The notes beneath the pieces were generated by a model. It ran no database searches. It was not told where the DNA came from and was given only the letters and a program-made list of their open reading frames with translations. From the NCBI GenBank assembly GCA_964016885.1, contig OZ024743.1:10850001-10914000 (forward strand): a DNA stretch of 64,000 bases, read 5' to 3'. The stretch is from Eledone cirrhosa (Eukaryota). Made by a program: the position numbers and the translations under genes. This document shows, in pieces, positions 15,941-30,371 of the stretch. The stretch's first letter is position 1; each line of letters opens with the position of its first letter.

Positions 15941-16472
15941 AACAAAGAAAGTGTGGTAAGAAACCAGGTCGACGATAACGCACCAGAGTACTCGATACTT
16001 AGGGTAGTAGAGTGGGTAATAGGAAAAGAGTCAGGACTCCGACGGCTGAGCTCCGGCCGTTTCGACAGCTAGATCCGAACGCGTTCGGATCTAGCTGTCG
16101 AAACGGCCGGAGCTCAGCCGTCGGGGTCCTGACTCTTTTCCTGTATATAGGTATATATGTATATAAGGTCCTGAACATTTTCCTATTACCCACTCTACTA
16201 AGTATTGAGTACTCTGGTGCGTTATGGTCCACCTGGTTCCTTACCACACTTCCTTCGTTATATATATATATATATATAGGAACGAGTAGGACCCCGACGG
16301 CTGAGCTCAAGCCATTTCGATGGCTAATTCTGGACGCCAGAATTAGCCGTCGAAACGGCTTGAGCTCAGCCGTCGGGGTCCTACTCGTTTCTATTACCCA
16401 CTCTACTACCCTAAGTATTGAGTACTTTGGTGCATTATGGTCCACCTGGTTCCTTACCAGACTTCCTTCGTT
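15941..16472. repeat. Two adjacent foldback elements of the half-hammerhead family (others at 18712-18912, 19227-19331, 23850-24053, 26261-26341)
   Basis: Near-perfect palindromes centred near 16081 and 16335; flanked by (TA)n. Confidence 0.9.
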
Positions 16473-16559
16473 ATATATATATATATATATGAATGAATGA
16501 ATGAAATGCGAATGTTTATTGCGTGAGCAACGTTTTAGCCAAGTGCAGCTGTATTGAAT

Positions 16560-16740
16560 TATAATTGTTTCTATTTTAGGCACAAGGCCAGCAATTACCC
16601 AGTGCATTACTGGTACTTTATTTTATCGACTCCGTAAGGATGAAAGCTAAAGTCAACCTTCGCGGGATTTGAACTCAGATCGTAAAGGGACGTAACTATG
16701 CTGGAAAGCATGGCGTCCGACCCTCTACAGATACTGCCAA
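16560..16740 (-). mobile_element. tRNA-derived SINE
   Basis: Same family as 6885. Confidence 0.85.
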
Positions 16741-18435
16741 ATGTAATTAATTTATTTAGCCTTATTTATTCATTTATTATATTTTATTTCACTTTGAAAA
16801 TTAGTTTTCATTTCCATATTTTGTATAAGTACTATACAATTTGGAGAAAATAAAACATTATTTTACCTATATGGCCAAACCTGATGTAGCCAAACTATAC
16901 TCCAAACATTTATTTACCCTTCATGTGATATCGATATATGGTCAAACTAATAAAACTGTGACTTTTTTAAAATCTTGAACTTTATATTTATATATACATG
17001 CGTGTTGCGTAGTGTGTGTGTATTATATATCCATGTACATCTACTCGTACATACAGACACGTATAGTATATATCTCTCAGGACTTTGATGACGATACGAT
17101 GATGACAATAATCTGGCGTCCCATGTTGAGATAAAGGAGGTGGAGTGGATGTATAATCGAATTAGTGATGAAAGGGGGAGGAGGTGGAAGGTGCTTCAGA
17201 GACTTGGTGTCTCTGAGAGTGTTTTGGGTGGGAGGGGCAGTGTGGACAACATTACCACCACTTCAACTACAACTCCTCTCTCTGTCTGTTTTCTCCTCCC
17301 TGTCTCTTCTCTTGCCACGGGAACATGTCTAAACATAATCATCGTCATCATTGTCATCATAGCAGTCGTTGCCGTCCTAGACCCACTCACCTACTCAAGA
17401 ATTTTCCCCGAGTCACCCAGTCAAACACCACCACCAGCGTCATCATCGTCTAACTATCATTGCATCCACATTACTACAACCATAACCACGATTACCGCTA
17501 CCGGCCACCACTACTATTACGAGCCAGTGAGAGAGCAGCCCCTACTAGAAATGGAAGCGAAATTTCTAAAATCATATACTGTCATCTTTGAAAAAAAAAG
17601 AACACGTCGGTTGTGTTTACACTAAGAATAAGGAATATACAAGCTGGTTTTGGCTGGAATGTGTTTAATGATGTCAACAGGATCGGGGCTAAACTGGAAT
17701 TAAACAACACTAAACTAAGTAACAAGTCAGGTAGGCAGATCGATTAGACCAAGGAAACCGTGTTTCATTGATCATTCCATTGTCGGTTGCAACTCTTGGC
17801 ACATTGCCGGATTCAAATTTAGAGCGCACAGGGCTGGTATTCCACCAATACCCACCCCTAGACTGGTGCTTTATTTATCGCCCGCGAAAGGAAAAGGATG
17901 GGCAGTAGAATGGATCTTCACAGTACTTCATGTCAGAAAGCAGAGACTAGGAACAAATACCGACACCAAATCTCACCAATGTGTTATGATGGGATGGTCA
18001 CAAATGGAATACCTGGTCAACTTGATAATGACTGACCTGGTGCTAAACAATAACAATATGATTATGATACCAAATGCCACAACCTTCAGATCAAGAACCA
18101 CCAAACCACCAGTGCGCTGTTACCTCTTTACAATTCTAACTTCAATATTAGGTCTCTAACCTTATCTGCGTGGTGGGAATTTATAAAAAGAAAGGAAAGT
18201 AGGCGATTGACAGATCGCACCAAGAAAACATTGTTGATCATATCTGTTGTTAAGCTTCGGGTTATCGCTGATTGAGCAGACATGTGATCAGATATATTCC
18301 AGTCGTGACCATCCCGTCTTATATATATATTTTAATGCGATGAAATACCAATGATCGTTGGCAAATCACTGATGAGGGACTCATTTTATAACATGTAATC
18401 CATGTGCAACCATGCAGTATTCTTCTCCCCATATT

Positions 18436-18500
<65 letters not shown>

Positions 18501-18560
18501 ACCTGAACCGATAAGGTCTGGTTTCTTGGGTATGTCACAATTTATAAAACAAATTTTGTA

Positions 18561-18617
18561 TTTTATCTGATGAGGGTGTACCAAAATGTTGGTACCCTTG
18601 AAATATATATAATAAAA
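18561..18617 (+). ncRNA. Type I hammerhead ribozyme
   Basis: TTTTAT-CTGATGA-stem II (GTACCAA/TTGGTAC)-GAAA-TATATA-TA-ATAAAA. Confidence 0.8.
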
Positions 18618-18660
18618 TAAATATGGCTTTATAAATATAGTTTCCATTTATTAATACCAT

Positions 18661-18715
<55 letters not shown>

Positions 18716-18909
18716 AACGAGTAGGACCCCGACGGCTGAGCTCAAGCCGTTTCGACGACTAATTCTGGACTCAGTCCAGAATTAGCCGTCGAAACGGCTT
18801 CAGCTCAGCCGTCGGGATCCTACTCGTTCCTATTACCCACTCTACTACCCTAAGTATTGAGTACTTTGGTGCGTTATGGTCCACCTGGTTCCTTACCACT
18901 TTTCCTCCG

Positions 18910-18972
<63 letters not shown>

Positions 18973-19169
18973 CTGTCAACTCTCCCCGTCGGACGGGGAG
19001 ATCTCCCACCCACTTTGGCATGGGTGAGGGGTGTCTTCTCTTGTGAAAATGGGTATACCTAGCTTTCGTTATGTAAAATCTCCCCATTTTGCCTCATTTC
19101 TCCCTGTTTGGGGCACTTTTTTTCATGGTACTCCCCGTTTGGGTTTTTAGAGGTTGGCAGATTGGCAGG

Positions 19170-19229
<60 letters not shown>

Positions 19230-19242
19230 GGGTCCTGAATAT

Positions 19243-19280
<38 letters not shown>

Positions 19281-19327
19281 ATATTCAGGACCCCGACGGC
19301 TGAGCTCCGGCCGTTTCGCCAGCTAGA

Positions 19328-19369
<42 letters not shown>

Positions 19370-19559
19370 CAAAGATTAATATGGTTCGTTGATTACTCAA
19401 TGAATACAATTTTACCATAGATTAAAAGCACTCAACAAGGAAAAGTTTCCTGGAGTTTTTAATATTATTCAAAATATTAACAAATGAAAGATATTTTGGT
19501 TCGTTGATTACTCAATGAATACAATTTTATCTTTCATTTATTAATATTTTGAATAATAT

Positions 19560-19599
<40 letters not shown>

Positions 19600-20235
19600 A
19601 GTGCGAATTTTGGAATGTAACTGATAATTTCAAAAGTTGAGCGACCTGATAAGCCTCATATCGTAGGAACTCGCCACTTTAAAATGTGTCTGCGTGTGGG
19701 TGTAAGTGTATGTATGCGATGGGTGTGATGTTTGGATGATAGTCCGAGTCATAGACCCGGCATAACTGAAGGAAAACAACAATAACAACAAAAATAAAAA
19801 AGGGCCCAGTTAGTAGGAAGTATAGGCGGTATAATGTGGGTGGGTGGAAGTGAGGGAATGCGGTGAATGGGGTGCAGGGATGGTTTAGAGACCGCAGAGG
19901 TGCACAAGTGGTTTTTCTTACTCATTCGTTCACTGTAATACAAGGATAGTTGATATAAACTAGTGGTATGGGTAGAACAGGGGAAAGACTTGGAATGTTA
20001 TGGTGTGTGTGGAGCGGATATGTGTGTTGTGTATGCATGAGTATGCTTATTTGTTTGACTATATATGTATGTGTTTATTTGTTTGACCGTATATATGTAT
20101 ATCCCTGTATGTGCAATAAATATATATATATATAGTAATAATAATAAATTTGAAGGCTAAAATCCAAAGGGGGCTCGATAAGGATAAATATAAATATATA
20201 AGAACCGTAGAGCAAATATTTATTAAAATAACAGA

Positions 20236-20279
<44 letters not shown>

Positions 20280-20349
20280 AAAAAGAGATGAAATCGAAAA
20301 TGCAACTGGAGTCTTATTTTTTTTTTTAAATATATATATTTATTTGGTT

Positions 20350-20387
20350 CCTTTACCGGTTTCGCAGTTCTTCTGCTTTTCAAAAGG
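20350..20387 (-). ncRNA. Decayed minimal hammerhead
   Basis: CCTT-TTGAAAA (two transitions from CTGAAGA)-GCAG/CTGC-GAAA-CCGG-TA-AAGG. Confidence 0.6.
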
Positions 20388-20973
20388 TGAGTTGAGATGA
20401 AGGGTCTGTGGTTTTTCTCACATCTGGTTGGTCTCTGAATGTTACTTGTTTTATATGGAAAAAGTGGCTCGAAATGCCAGGTTTTTCGAGAAGTAATTTG
20501 ATTGGTTTGTCAATAATTATAATAAATTTCGCGCCAGTTCGCGTTACAATAGTTCTTCAAATAAGAGAGGGGGTTGACACAGGTTGTTTTTTCATATATG
20601 AGTGTTTGAATTTCTTTTTACTTGAAAAAAGGGGCTCACGAAGGCTTTTTTTGGGGGTTGGTTATAAATGAAATTATGGCTGTCACGTGAACAAGTTTTC
20701 ATTAAATTTTCGTGCCCTTATTTGGAAATCCATTCTGTAGCCTTTTTAGAGAATTTTATGATAAGTGAAAGATAATGGTCAAGAGAAAGGGATGGGAGAA
20801 TTGTTCTGGTTCAGTGAATATGGTTAGTTCGCTGGGGTGTCAGAATTCAGATTTTCTATTGAATAAAGACAATAGAAAATCTGAATTCTGATTTTCGATT
20901 TCATCTCTTTTTCTTATACTTTCACTCGTGTAGGACACCTCGGTTATTTTTCAATTTGTAAAAAAAACCTCAC

Positions 20974-21011
<38 letters not shown>

Positions 21012-21075
21012 TGATATGTTGATTTAAAACTGCACTATCCACAAGTGTTTTTAACCTTCATATCATGTCCTCATA

Positions 21076-21142
21076 TTTTATCTGATGAAAACACAAATGT
21101 TATTGCATGATGATATTTGTTTTTGAAATGTGCATAATAAAA
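21076..21142 (+). ncRNA. Type I hammerhead ribozyme (element B family)
   Basis: TTTTAT-CTGATGA-stem II-GAAA-TGTGCA-TA-ATAAAA; 21013-21176 is a copy of 55647-55810. Confidence 0.8.
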
Positions 21143-21172
21143 TACATGGAACTCATTTAACCATCTTTTGAT

Positions 21173-21232
<60 letters not shown>

Positions 21233-21526
21233 AATAAAGATTCAGCGAGAATCGCATTTTCGGCGGGCAGGAAAAGCGAAGAGAAACGCAAAAATCAGAA
21301 ATGATACTGGCAAAGTTCTCAATAGTTAAAAACTAGAGCTAAACAATGTGTTAAGAAGCCATACAAAACTGAAAAGGTGGTCAAGAAAGCATTAACCACC
21401 CAAGCCAAAAACCAAATCAAGCTAAACAGTCAAAACAAAATAAATGATAAAAAATAAGTGATAACCAATATATATATATGTCGGTGTGCGTATGTTTGTG
21501 TGTGCTTATTTGGTTCAAGCTAAATA

Positions 21527-21636
<110 letters not shown>

Positions 21637-22140
21637 CATGCATATCTCTCTGTGTATGTATGCTTTGCATGCATGTGTGGACTTATTTGTTTGAATGTAT
21701 GTGTGTGTTCGATATATATATACTACTGTGTGAGTTTATTAACAGCAGTGTATATGCATGGATGTGTGTGTATGTTTCTGTATGTAAAGTAATGTGTTCA
21801 CTGTGTCTGCATGTTCTACATGCATGTGTTTGCTTATTTGATTGAATGTATGTGTGTGTGAGTGTGTGTGTGCAATTTATATAGCAGGGTATGTTTGTGT
21901 AATTATGTGTGTGTATATGTTTGTGTATAAGATATATGTCAGAGTATATGCATCTACAGTGTGTGTCTACAACTGTATGTTTAGATGTGTCTGTTTGTGT
22001 AGCTGTCTAGGTCTGTCACTATATATGTAGGTGAGTCTACGTGTATGTGTCTGTATCAATGTATGTGCATATGCGTATGTATGTGCGTGTGGGTGTGTGT
22101 ATGTAAAGGTGTGTTTATGTACATATGTATGTATGTATGT

Positions 22141-23010
22141 TTTCTCTTTCTCTTAATTTCGAGTATATTTTTTTGACCGGCCACCTTCCTGGTGGCAAGG
22201 TTGTAAAAGAAAAGAAATTGTCATCCCTTGAATCGCAAGAATGTTTTGCATATTTTGAAGGTGCCAGCTATCGCAGCCATTTGTAGACTATGAATTAGGG
22301 AGCTGCGCTTTTTGTCCGCAAATCCAAGTTCGGTCATACTTTGGTCCAAGCGGGTTGGTATATAACCCGTAGCACCAATAATGATGGGTATGAAGCTAAA
22401 GGTGTATCTTGGATACTGGATTTGTAAGCTCCTCATCAATGGTCCGTAGATGTCCTCCTTCTCCTGTATTTTTCTGACAACGTTTACATCAAGTGGGCAG
22501 CTGATCTCCACAACAGAACACGTTTTCAATGTGTGGTCCCAAACTACAATATCAGGCCGGTTGTGCTTTAATTTGGTGGCAGTTTTTATTTTCAGGTTCC
22601 ACCAGTATTCCTTAGTGCCATCTGTCTCAATATATTCTTCCTCGTTTGTTGTTAATTTTGTTTTCCGAAGTGCGTTCCAGATAGTTCTAGCTATCCCATC
22701 GTGTCTCATGGGGAGGTAGTAGCGAGATGACATTCTTTCGCAGCTGGCAACAATGTGGCTTACATCCTCGATCTTTGTTTTACATAGCCTACATTTATTG
22801 TCAGCTGCTGGCCCTCCTCTTTTGTGCAGCAGATATTTGGTAGGGAGTTCTTGTTCCTGTATTGCATAGAGATATCCCTCAAGGTGTGATGTCATAAACT
22901 TGTCGGAACTCCATGCCAGGCTTTTTGAGTGGTTTATCCCCTCTATGGTCTGTGTTTTACGCCTCAAGTATCCATGCACAACTTTCTCTGTAAATTGGTC
23001 AATTTTTTTT
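22141..23010 (-). mobile_element. R4/Dong-like non-LTR 3' fragment (CCHC + restriction-like endonuclease) inside (CATA)n
   Basis: AIQEQ, CRLC...HIVASC, RHD, NRPDIVVWD, VEISCP, KEDIY, PIIIGATG; flanked by TACA repeats on the element strand. Confidence 0.85.
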
Positions 23011-23466
23011 ATGTATGTATGTATGTATGTATGTATGTATGTATGTATGTATGTATGTATGTATGTATGTATGTGTGTACGCATAACTGTATGTTTATAT
23101 GTACGAATGTATGTATGTATGTATGTATGTACGTACGTATATATGTATGTTTACATGCATGTATGTATGCAAGCGTTTGTACGTATATATGTATGTTTAC
23201 ATGCAAGTATGTGTGTATGTATGTATGCACGTACGTATATATGTGCTTACATGTATGCATGTATGTATGTATGTGTGTATACATGTATGTATGTATGTAT
23301 GTATGTATGCAAACGTTTGTACGTGAGCCTGTGTATGTATATGTGCCCTTATACCTGTCTCTGTGTGAAGTATCCCTGCGTGCCTATAGGTCAGCGACAT
23401 CGGTGTAGGCGAGAATATATCAAGCAGGCGAGCTGACGGGCACCAGCGAGCATCCCCACCACCTCC

Positions 23467-23526
<60 letters not shown>

Positions 23527-23744
23527 CACCCACACGCACACAGATTGTGTAGTCTTAATACCGACGTAAACAATCTAGAAAACTTCATACATTTCAATAT
23601 TTTTTTTGTTACTCTCACCTTTCCAACGCTCTTCCTATTACTCCTCCTCCGCCCTCGTCATTTTCTCTTCTCCCATCACTTACTATAAGCTGCTGTTGCA
23701 TTCTTCTAATGAATGTTTCTCACCCCTATATTATATATATATAT

Positions 23745-23853
<109 letters not shown>

Positions 23854-24357
23854 AACAAGTATGACCCCGACGGCAGAGCTCGAGCCGTTTCGACGGCTAA
23901 TTCTGGACTGAAATAGTCCAGAATTAGCCGTCGAAACGGCTTGAGCTCTGCCGTCGGGGTCATACTTGCTCCTATTACCCACTCTACTACCCTAAGTATT
24001 GAGTACTTTGGTGCGTTATGGTCCATCTGGTTCCTTACCACATTTCCTTCGTTATATATATATATATCTGCCTCTCTGTTTTGTTCCCGTATAAATTTGG
24101 ACTATATATATATATATACGAGTATATATATATTATACTTCGTTTTAGCATGTTTCTTTGCAAGGTGTGAAAACGTATTGAAGGTGGGCTCAGCCGGATG
24201 GCTGGAACAGGTAAAAGAGTAAAAGAGTAAACAGATATTGTAATACTTTTGTGGGGTCATGCTGCCAATAAAAACACACGCACCAGTTGAGTTTTAGTTC
24301 AATTTATTATTATAATTTTCCGGTGAAAGGGCAGTGAAAGGGCGGTGAAAGGGCGGT

Positions 24358-24540
24358 GAAAGGGCGGTATCGGTAGAGGGTCGGACATGCTTTCCAGCAT
24401 AGTTACGTCCCTTTACGATCTCAGTTCAAATCCCGCCGAGGTTAACTTTGCCTTTCATCCTTACGAGGTCGATAAAATAAAGTACCTGTAATGTACTGAG
24501 TAGTTGCTGGCCTTGTGCCAAAAGTAGAAACAATTATTAT
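24358..24540 (+). mobile_element. tRNA-derived SINE, preceded by (GGTGAAAGGGC)x4
   Basis: Same family; 11-bp tandem repeat at 24322-24368. Confidence 0.85.
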
Positions 24541-24699
24541 AATTTTCCGTCAATCTAATAACCAGCTGATTGTTTCGTCACACATTCTGTGACTTCTTCA
24601 GTAACTACTTTTGTTACTTTGCGACTTCTTTTTGCTCTGGTGTACACGATCTTGTCTTTATGAGCTGTGCACCTGGATTGCACATGCGTTACATCCAAT

Positions 24700-25950
24700 A
24701 TTGTATTTTGTTTTTCTTTTCTCTCTTTCCTACTAGTTAATTGTTATCCTGATTATTGTATTCTATAAATGTGTGTGAATGTGTGTGGTGGGGTATCTGT
24801 TTATGTATCTTATTAGTTTTGTTCTTGTGTATCTATATATTGTCCTTAGTTGCTATGTAGTGAGGTCGTTATTATTCCATTTGTGTTTTCTATTTCATTT
24901 CTATTTGTAGTATCTGTAATCTGTCAGAGCATTGCATCCGTTTGGTGTGCAGATATCTACACACGAATATTATAGTCTGTATAATCCGTCATTAGAGTAG
25001 ATTATTCCTGTCTTGGAAAATCATTTACCCAAGTATGTGTATAGATGTTTCCATGTGACCAAGTCACTCCGACGGTTTAGGACAGGTGCCTGCTTTCTAA
25101 TGAAATGTGCCTCCGTTATTCTTAGGTTTAACTTTTTGCTTTGGAAGTATTTTTTGTGGTTATGCTCCTTCCACATATTTTTTTATGTTGAAACATTGCG
25201 CTAGGTTGGAAACATTGCGCTAAGCTTTTTGGAAATGTTCCTGTATTCTGTTTTGCAGTTGGCATTTAGAGGAACTGGTGTAGTTGGCTCCGCACACTTA
25301 TACTACATGGTCTCTCAGGCATATTGGTTTGTTTTGGCTTTGTCCTATTCGACGCTCTGCGTGAGGTGTTGCTCCAACGTCTCCCCACGTCATGTTAATC
25401 GCACTGGGACGCCTGATCTTTTGATACAGTTTCTCAGTTGATTTTCTATCTGTTCTTCTTGCTATGGCATATCAATGTAGGCTCAGGTTTTGTCTTTATT
25501 TTCTCGTTTCTCATATCTATTTTTCTTTCTTCTCGTTAGTGTAGTTATGTCTTTCGTCGTTGTTGTTGGTCTGCGAATGGTTGTGATTCCTATTAGGAAA
25601 AAGTGTGGTGGTTGATGTTGGCGTGTGGTGTCTGTGACTGTTTGTGTTTGTGTTTGTGATCTCTTCTTTTACTCTCGACAACTTTTTTTTTACGAAGCAT
25701 TGTTCATAGTCTCTCTTTAACTGCATTTTTCGAAAGTTGTAAAGCGCGGAACTTACTTGGGTGGCCTCGTTGCATCTGTTCGTGCGGCGTACAGGCTGGT
25801 TCCTGGCCTCGTGGTATTTCAGGCTTTGTGGATATGCTGAGTCTGGGTGGAGGGAGACATCTCTCTTGGCGTCTTTTTCATAGAAGCAGATGTTGACTTT
25901 TCCTTAAGCTAGACATAAGGCAAAATCGAGAAGACACAGGAAACCATCGG
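24700..25950 (-). mobile_element. Heavily decayed PLE-like remnant
   Basis: Minus-strand peptide CGANYTSSSKCQLQNRIQEH resembles a GIY-YIG core; many stops. Confidence 0.35.
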
Positions 25951-26338
25951 TTGACGGGTGTTCAATATCATATCTGATGGTTTTGTGTAGCTTTAACATT
26001 AACTCTCACACAATCATCTTTCTACACCCCTACCTTCCCCTAAAGCGCAAAAGGTACACTATTTTAAAACAATTTTCATCTCGTTTATCGTATTTTATTA
26101 TATTCTAGCTTCTTTCTCTCTCAGCTCCCTAGAGTTTAATCTTCTTACCTTGCCCTGAAGCGCATGCACTACAATAAAACTACATAAACCACTATACATA
26201 CAAATACGTTGTATATATAATGGACGTATCCAAGCAACTTTACTACAAATATATATATATAGGAAAATGTTCAGGACCCCGATGGCAGAGCTCAAGCCGT
26301 TTCGACGGCTATTTCTGGACGCGTCCACACTTCCTTCG

Positions 26339-26376
<38 letters not shown>

Positions 26377-26610
26377 CAAGGGGACGATTTGTTAAGCCTT
26401 CATTACGTTTATTGATTGGTGACGCGCGGCGTTTCTCTGTTGATCAGCTCAAGGTTCGATCTGTATCGATCTGGCCCGACTTTGGAATCAAAAGCTCGCC
26501 GGACCTCTGCTGTTGTAATGACAGAGTGGACGTGAATCTAAACATCGAGTGCTCACCTAGGTGAACCTACAGTAACTTCACATTACGCTCCCTGGATATA
26601 TATATATTTT

Positions 26611-27405
26611 CTAGGGCGGGTAAAATTCCCGAGATCCATGGACGAGTTCTCTCCAGTGGTCTCTGTCCCTCATTATCGCTGCCATGTTCTGCGTCTCCAA
26701 CAGACCAGTGTCTGTCCTTAGGGCATCAACATACGTTAACCTTGGTCTTCCTCTTCCAGTGTGTCCATGTAGGGGCTCCCACAGGAGCACTGAGTGCAAT
26801 GTCAACTCTGGATGTCGGTGAGCATGTCCATCTAACCTCAGTCTCTGTGTCACTTTTGAGCTGACTTTTGGCAGGCTCCCATACAGCTCTGAGCTTTTCA
26901 TCCTCAGTGTATACTGATTAATGTTCAGAGCCATCCTCAGCATTCTCGTGTAGCCCCCATCCACCATCTGAGTGAGTTTCTTGGTCAGTGTCCAAGTCTC
27001 AGACCCGTACAGCAGCACAGACTCCACTACAGCAATGAAGAGGCGGATTTTCTTTACGAAGGTCCGACTTCCACATCGATCTCAAGTTGTGGCACGCCGC
27101 CCAGGCTTTTCTCTTCCTCTCAACCACATCATCTTCCGTATTCCAAATCTTTGCTCCCAAATACAGAAAGTCCTCAACCAATTCTAACGGCTTCCCGTCT
27201 ACATTAGTGATCCCCTCTGGCTTCTCAACATTCTCTACCAGATATTTTATTTTAGTCTCATTCATTCTCAGCCCCACACTCATCGACACAGTCTCCACCT
27301 CCTGCATCAAATCCTCTGCCTCCTTCACTGTATTTGTCACCAAAACTATGTCGTCGGCAAATTCAGCATCTGATATCTTTTTCGCCTTAACTCTCCTGCT
27401 CTCTC
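26611..27405 (-). pseudogene. RTE-clade LINE 3' fragment with frameshifts
   Basis: FADDIVLV, GLRMNETK, FLYLG, ESVLLYGSETWTLT, GRPRLT. Confidence 0.88.
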
Positions 27406-27516
27406 TCTATATTTATATAACGGTCTTGATGGTTCAATTCCAGTATTGGCAGTGACTGGCAATACTGGAATTGAACCATCAAGAACGTTGAGGTATTTCA
27501 TACATCAATTCATGTA

Positions 27517-27579
27517 TTTTATCTGACGAGGACGTACTGAAAAAAACAGCACAGTACCTTCGAAATATATATAATAAAA
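27517..27579 (+). ncRNA. Type I hammerhead ribozyme
   Basis: TTTTAT-CTGACGA-GGA.GTACTG/CAGTAC.TTC-GAAA-TATATA-TA-ATAAAA. Confidence 0.8.
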
Positions 27580-27751
27580 CATATATTTTCATTATGTGAA
27601 TGTCTGCATTTATTAATATTCTGAATAATATTAATAACTCCAGAAAACTTCTTTATGGAGTGCTTTTAATCTATTGTAAAACTATATTCATTGAGTAATC
27701 AATGAACCATATTAATCTTTGGTTATATATATATATATATAATTTTATATA

Positions 27752-28847
27752 TCTGTATATATATAAAATTAAGTGTATGTGTGTGTGTGTGTGTGTGTGT
27801 GTCTGTGTATTACCTATAGGGGCCTACATCTTACAACCGATTTTCATGAAACTTTACAGGCTCATAGATTAGTCATCGGGGAGTGTTTTCTATATATCAG
27901 CGTATCGTTTTTTATTCCGGAGTCATTCTGCAGATAAAAATCGATAGGGGAGTCACCCTTTTTTAGGTATCGAAAAATAAGATTTTTGGCTCTAGCTCCC
28001 ACATTTTGCCACCGATTTCGTTCAAATTTTAAAGCAAAATAGAATTTATCATTGCACATCCTGTAATTGCTTTATATTTTGCATTTATTGTGAAGGGATG
28101 GCGTGGCAGCCGCTTAAATATTCAAAAATACCACTTTTATACTCAAATTTCCACCTTTTCGGCTCTAGCTCCCATATTAATCAACCTACTTTGTTCAAAT
28201 TTTACACTACGCTAGATCTGGTTATTTCACGTCTTAAAGTGGCTTTACATTTTGGACTTTTGGTTCAGGAACGGCGTGGCAGCCACTTAAATATTTTAAA
28301 ATACCACTTTTTCGCTCAAATTTCCGCCTTTTCGGCTCTAACTCCCACATTTTTCAACCGATTTCGTTCAAATTCGAAACTTCGGCTCCACCTCACACAT
28401 AAATCAATTTATTTGGTTCGACTTTTATACTACGATAGAACCTATCATTATCTCCCACATTTTTCAACCGATTTCGTTCAAATTGGAAACTTCGGCTCCA
28501 CTTCACACATAAATCAATTTATTTGGTTCAACTTTTATACTACGATAGAACCTATCATTGCACATCTTATAGATGGTCAAAGGCAAAACGATGGCCACTG
28601 AGTCGTCTGAGCTTTTAGTTGTGTATTTGAGAATTCATCAGTTTCCAATCAAGTAGCGTGAGGAAATTTGGCATGCCCCTTCATCAGTCACCCACGTTTC
28701 TCACTGATGGAGGTCATCACCACCCTCCCCCGCATAGCTTGTGTGTGGCCATAGATGAGTCTTCGAGAAGCAGTCGCTAAGATTAACACCTTTTCATCAA
28801 AGCAGATATTATTTTACCTACCCAGACAACGCTGGGTACTGATGCTA

Positions 28848-28848
<1 letters not shown>
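27752..28848 (+). mobile_element. Non-autonomous Helitron-type element
   Basis: 5' TCTGTATATATATAAAA then (GT)n; 3' CCCAGACAACGCTGGG hairpin plus CTAG; A/T junction; internal duplication of about 110 bp (28343-28560). Confidence 0.8.
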
Positions 28849-28883
<35 letters not shown>

Positions 28884-29005
28884 GTAATCCGAGTTTTTCG
28901 AATATTAATAATAACATTCGATTCGTTTGCAATTATGCAAACAAGCCTCAATTTTATAGCCATGTCAGTAGAATGAACCCTTCATTCTTGCTCTTGTGTT
29001 GGCAT

Positions 29006-29075
29006 GTGAACAGAACTGCAGACATTAATTAATGTTTCTGGGTATCACCCTTCATCAGTACAGCTCACTGTTCAC
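29006..29075 (-). ncRNA. Extended type I hammerhead ribozyme
   Basis: GTGAACAG-tga-GCTGTA-CTGATGA-aGGGT/ACCCa-GAAA-CATTAATTAATG-TC-TGCAGT-t-CTGTTCAC; GUC cleavage site. Confidence 0.88.
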
Positions 29076-29104
29076 CTGAAGAACATACATTTATTATATA
29101 TATA

Positions 29105-29138
<34 letters not shown>

Positions 29139-29220
29139 CATCTAAATACTCGAGTTTAACGTCAATACCATCGTCAGCATTCTTCCTATTACCGTAATGG
29201 TTTAAAGATCTAGCAGTGAA

Positions 29221-29402
29221 ATAATTGTTTCTGATTTAGGCACCAGTCCAACAATTTTGTGAAGGAGGAAAGTCAATTAGATCGCCCCCAGTGCATTACT
29301 GGTGTCTTATTTTATCGACCCCGTAAGGATGAAAAGCAAAGCTAACCTCAATGGGATTTGAACGCTGAGGAACGCTCTGCCGATACTGCCAATTACCCAG
29401 CG
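29221..29402 (-). mobile_element. tRNA-derived SINE
   Basis: Same family. Confidence 0.8.
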
Positions 29403-29464
29403 CCCTTCGAACAGTGGAATAATTATTTCTATATATATATTGTTTTTATTTCTATTTTTGTTAT

Positions 29465-29941
29465 TAATGTAGTTTAAGAGTGTGGTGGATTGGCAGTATC
29501 GGTAGAGGATCAGATGCTTTGCAGCATAGAGTTATGTCCCTTTACGTTGTGAGTTCAAATCATGCCGAGGTTAGCTTTGCCTTTCATGCTTACGGGGTCG
29601 ATAAATAAAGTACCAGTCATGCACAGGGGTGGATTTAATTGCCCCCCCCCCCCCAAAAAAAAATTGCTGGCCTTGTGCTTATATAAGAAACCGTTATTAA
29701 TGTAGTTTAAGAGGATGGTGGATTGGTAGTATCGGTAGAGGTTCAGACGCTTCGTAGCATAGAGACATGGCCCTTTACGTTCTGAGTTAAAATCCCGCCG
29801 AGTTTAGTTTTGTCTTTCATCCTTACGGGGTCCATAAAATAAAGCACCAGTAATTCATTGGGGTCGATTTAATTGACTTTCCCCTCTCCTTCAAATCGCT
29901 GGCCTTGTGCCAATAGTAGAAACAATTATTAATGTAGTTTA
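29465..29941 (+). mobile_element. Tandem dimer of the tRNA-derived SINE
   Basis: Two copies separated and bounded by TTATTAATGTAGTTTAA (three occurrences). Confidence 0.85.
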
Positions 29942-30304
29942 AATAAATAACATACTCTAAGACATGAATTGACTACACCCTGCCCCTTTTGCTGACACAA
30001 TAAATCACTTGTATATATATATATATATATATATATGCAATATATATACAATATATATATACGTGTATGTATGTGTGTGACAGTGTGTGCTGTCTATATT
30101 TATGTCATTGTATATTTAAAAGAATGAGATAGGGAATAGAGCACTCAGAAAACAGAGATACAATTAGTGGAGAATCGTGTAGGATAAGATTTGGCTGCAT
30201 AACATATCAGTTTCCTAATTCTGGGTAGTTTAGGTTCTTTCTGTCTTTTAACAATCTTCTGAACGTCAACAGATCATATTCACATGCACACACCTCGATT
30301 CACT

Positions 30305-30371
<67 letters not shown>

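Noticed and set aside
15999-16607. Overlapping ORFs on both strands, and repeats that look CRISPR-like
   Set aside because: Products of palindromic elements; no repeat-spacer periodicity and no cas genes.
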